Below are positions 62,695-64,000 of a stretch of DNA of 64,000 nt, one piece after another (within the stretch, counting starts at the first letter, position 1; each line of letters starts with the position of its first letter). The DNA comes from Camelus dromedarius (Eukaryota), in assembly GCF_036321535.1 (NCBI RefSeq), contig NC_087436.1, positions 122,328,001-122,392,000 on the forward strand, in the 5' to 3' direction. The translations under genes were made by a program, and so were the position numbers. The notes beneath the pieces are model-generated. The model did not search any database. It was not told the DNA's origin and was given only the letters and a program-made list of their open reading frames with translations.

Positions 62695-63599
62695 TTTTGG
62701 AAAGCACTTCTGCCGGTTTGGGCTGACACCTTTGGCCCCCACAAGGCTGGGGGCCCTGAGAACACAGACCCTGGCCCGAGCCCGCTGACAAGCAGAGAAC
62801 AGCGCCCAAACGCAGGGCCATTAATGGCACCCAGAGTAACAAGACTGAATCTGTGGCTTTCTCTCCCAAGCTTTGAAAAGTAGCAGTCTGGGCTATAAAA
62901 GTCTAGAAGCATTGCGTAAGAAGTGTTAAATCTACAGCAAATACATCTTGTAAAAACTCAATAAATTATATATATAGATATATATAAACTTGTAACATCT
63001 AATAACTTCTGAACCTGCGTGCAGGGCTGGCCCCCACTGGAAACTGCCTCCCCGCCTGGAACACGTGGCAATTAGAGGAACTTGTATGAAAATACCAGCT
63101 TGCTTTGAAGTCCCCCCAAAAAAATCTAAAGAAAAATCCTATAGAAATCTAACTCTCCTGCAAAAGAAGGCCAAAGGAAACAAAGCATCCTCGGAACCAT
63201 CCCAAGCTCTTCGCGGCCCCTGGGGGAGTGCGGGGCTGGCTCGCACCTTGGGGCGTGGGCTGCACGCACCCTCAGCAAACCCTCAACGAGGCATCAACCT
63301 TCCCTCTGTTAGTAAGGTAAACCTGAAACCTCTGCCACGTGGCTGGCTACACACCAGGAGTGATGGGAGGGACAGGGACACGGGCTCTGGGGTCGATAAA
63401 GAGCTTTACAAACATACAGATCCAGGTACAATTTTTAAAACAAAACTGCGATGCCAGAAAAGCCCCTCCAGCCTTTGCCGGTTTTTGCATTTGTCGGAAC
63501 AGCGAGTTCCCCAGAGCCTCCCCCAGCTAGGGACCCCCGCCCCCTGCACCCTCAGGTCTTGTGCGCACCTCAGGTGTCCCAGCCTTCCTTCTTCCACAT

Positions 63600-63603
<4 letters not shown>

Positions 63604-63659
<56 letters not shown>
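63604..63659. repeat. (AT)28 microsatellite in the FGFR3 3'UTR
   Basis: 56 nt of perfect alternation. Confidence 0.97.
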
Positions 63660-63662
<3 letters not shown>

Positions 63663-63757
63663 GGTGTAGATCATATACACAGCATCTATTTATAGAAATG
63701 TACACTTGTGTCTGGAATAACCCTTTCAGATAGAAGTTAAAGGCTCCCGCCTTCAGG

Positions 63758-63765
63758 TACCCGTA
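63758..63765 (-). promoter_or_regulatory. miR-99/100 8mer seed site (UACGGGUA) in the FGFR3 3'UTR
   Basis: Exact complement of seed ACCCGUA plus A1. FGFR3 is an established miR-99/100 target. Confidence 0.85.
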
Positions 63766-64000
63766 ATTTCAGTTTCTGAGGAGCAGGGTGGGAAGTGGGG
63801 AGGCCTGGAAGTGGGGGGCTGCTAACACCCCAGGCGCAAGGTGCCCCTTAGGTGGGAGGCGTGCCACGTGGGGGCTTCCCTACAGGCTCAGCTTGGGCAC
63901 TTGGAGGGGCCACAGCCCACTCTGGACACAGGAGCCTGGCCCGCCCCAAAGCTCCCTGTGGGGTGGCAGTGGGGGGAGGGGCGGGCCGGGAGCCTGGGGA

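Larger units (their letters stand above)
62665..64000 (-). other. FGFR3: FGFR3 distal 3'UTR; the gene continues beyond the right edge
   Basis: Minus strand matches recalled FGFR3 3'UTR blocks (ctgaaattacgggtacctgaag; ttaacacttcttacgcaatgcttctaga; tttccaaaaaataaagaca). Tail-to-tail with LETM1 as in known synteny. Confidence 0.88.

Overview
Mammalian genomic DNA, GC-rich, probably camelid or another cetartiodactyl judging from its SINE and L1 types. It is the syntenic NSD2-LETM1-FGFR3 block. Left to right: intron 1 and non-coding exon 1 / CpG-island promoter of NSD2 (WHSC1) on the minus strand (1 to ~14.6 kb); an ~11 kb divergent intergenic spacer with a small CpG-rich element carrying a consensus CTCF motif; the complete 14-exon LETM1 gene on the plus strand (CDS 25557-56975, 2196 nt spliced, 731 aa, all introns GT-AG and in phase); a CpG island in the convergent gap; and the distal FGFR3 3'UTR on the minus strand. 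Repeats are L1/HAL1-like pieces, tRNA-derived SINEs and MaLR/ERVL LTRs. The most notable unexplained signals are a candidate in-frame 24-nt microexon in LETM1 intron 2, a U6 retrocopy fused to an unknown polyadenylated 3' end, a TSD-flanked 3 kb ORF1-only L1 composite that looks like a 3' transduction, and uORFs in both gene leaders. Gene and repeat-family identities and all human comparisons come from recall, not from a database search.
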